This document shows positions 33,212-33,213 of a DNA stretch of 33,213 nucleotides, in pieces; the stretch's first letter is position 1, and every line of letters begins with the position of its first letter. A program made the position numbers and the translations under genes. Source of the DNA: Campylobacterota bacterium (GTDB lineage Bacteria > Campylobacterota > Campylobacteria > Campylobacterales > Arcobacteraceae); contig JBNJFB010000023.1 of the NCBI GenBank assembly GCA_051746405.1, positions 1 through 33,213 on the forward strand, in the 5' to 3' direction. The notes beneath the pieces are model-generated. The model had not been told where the DNA came from. It made no database searches and saw only the letters and a program-made list of their open reading frames with translations.

Positions 33212-33213
33212 CT

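Overview
Very AT-rich bacterial DNA whose gene families and signals (TGnTATAAT-type -10 boxes, Ala(-1) prepilin leaders) fit Campylobacterota, most likely Arcobacteraceae (inference). Left part (1-7.4 kb): an S24 peptidase, two tandem REC-PAS-coiled-coil paralogues, a membrane diguanylate cyclase with a periplasmic CxxCH motif, and a MotA/ExbB + MotB/OmpA (ZorAB-like) pair. Middle (7.4-20.0 kb): a large SLBB-repeat polysaccharide-export protein heading a rearranged type II secretion operon (I-J-G-H-F-K-L-M-N-C-D-E; no prepilin peptidase in the window). Right (20.1-33.0 kb, minus strand, converging on the T2SS): six signal-peptide proteins. These are a C10 cysteine protease, an S41 protease, a 1809-aa lipase/SLH/DUF1566 mosaic, a small 4-Cys protein and two acidic uncharacterised proteins. 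Main observation: five of the six otherwise unrelated exported proteins share one ~70-80-aa Trp-rich module (GWNL...[IV]WxY...W...G[FY]WV), 8 copies in total. It is a C-terminal tandem pair in the three enzymes and a single N-terminal copy in the two acidic proteins, and one copy pair is ~97% identical at DNA level. This looks like a candidate T2SS-linked cargo-tagging or surface-anchoring system, possibly coupled to the co-transcribed polysaccharide exporter. The window ends in the 3' tip of a probable AAA-ATPase/PD-(D/E)XK gene. No database searches were run; family calls come from motif recognition.
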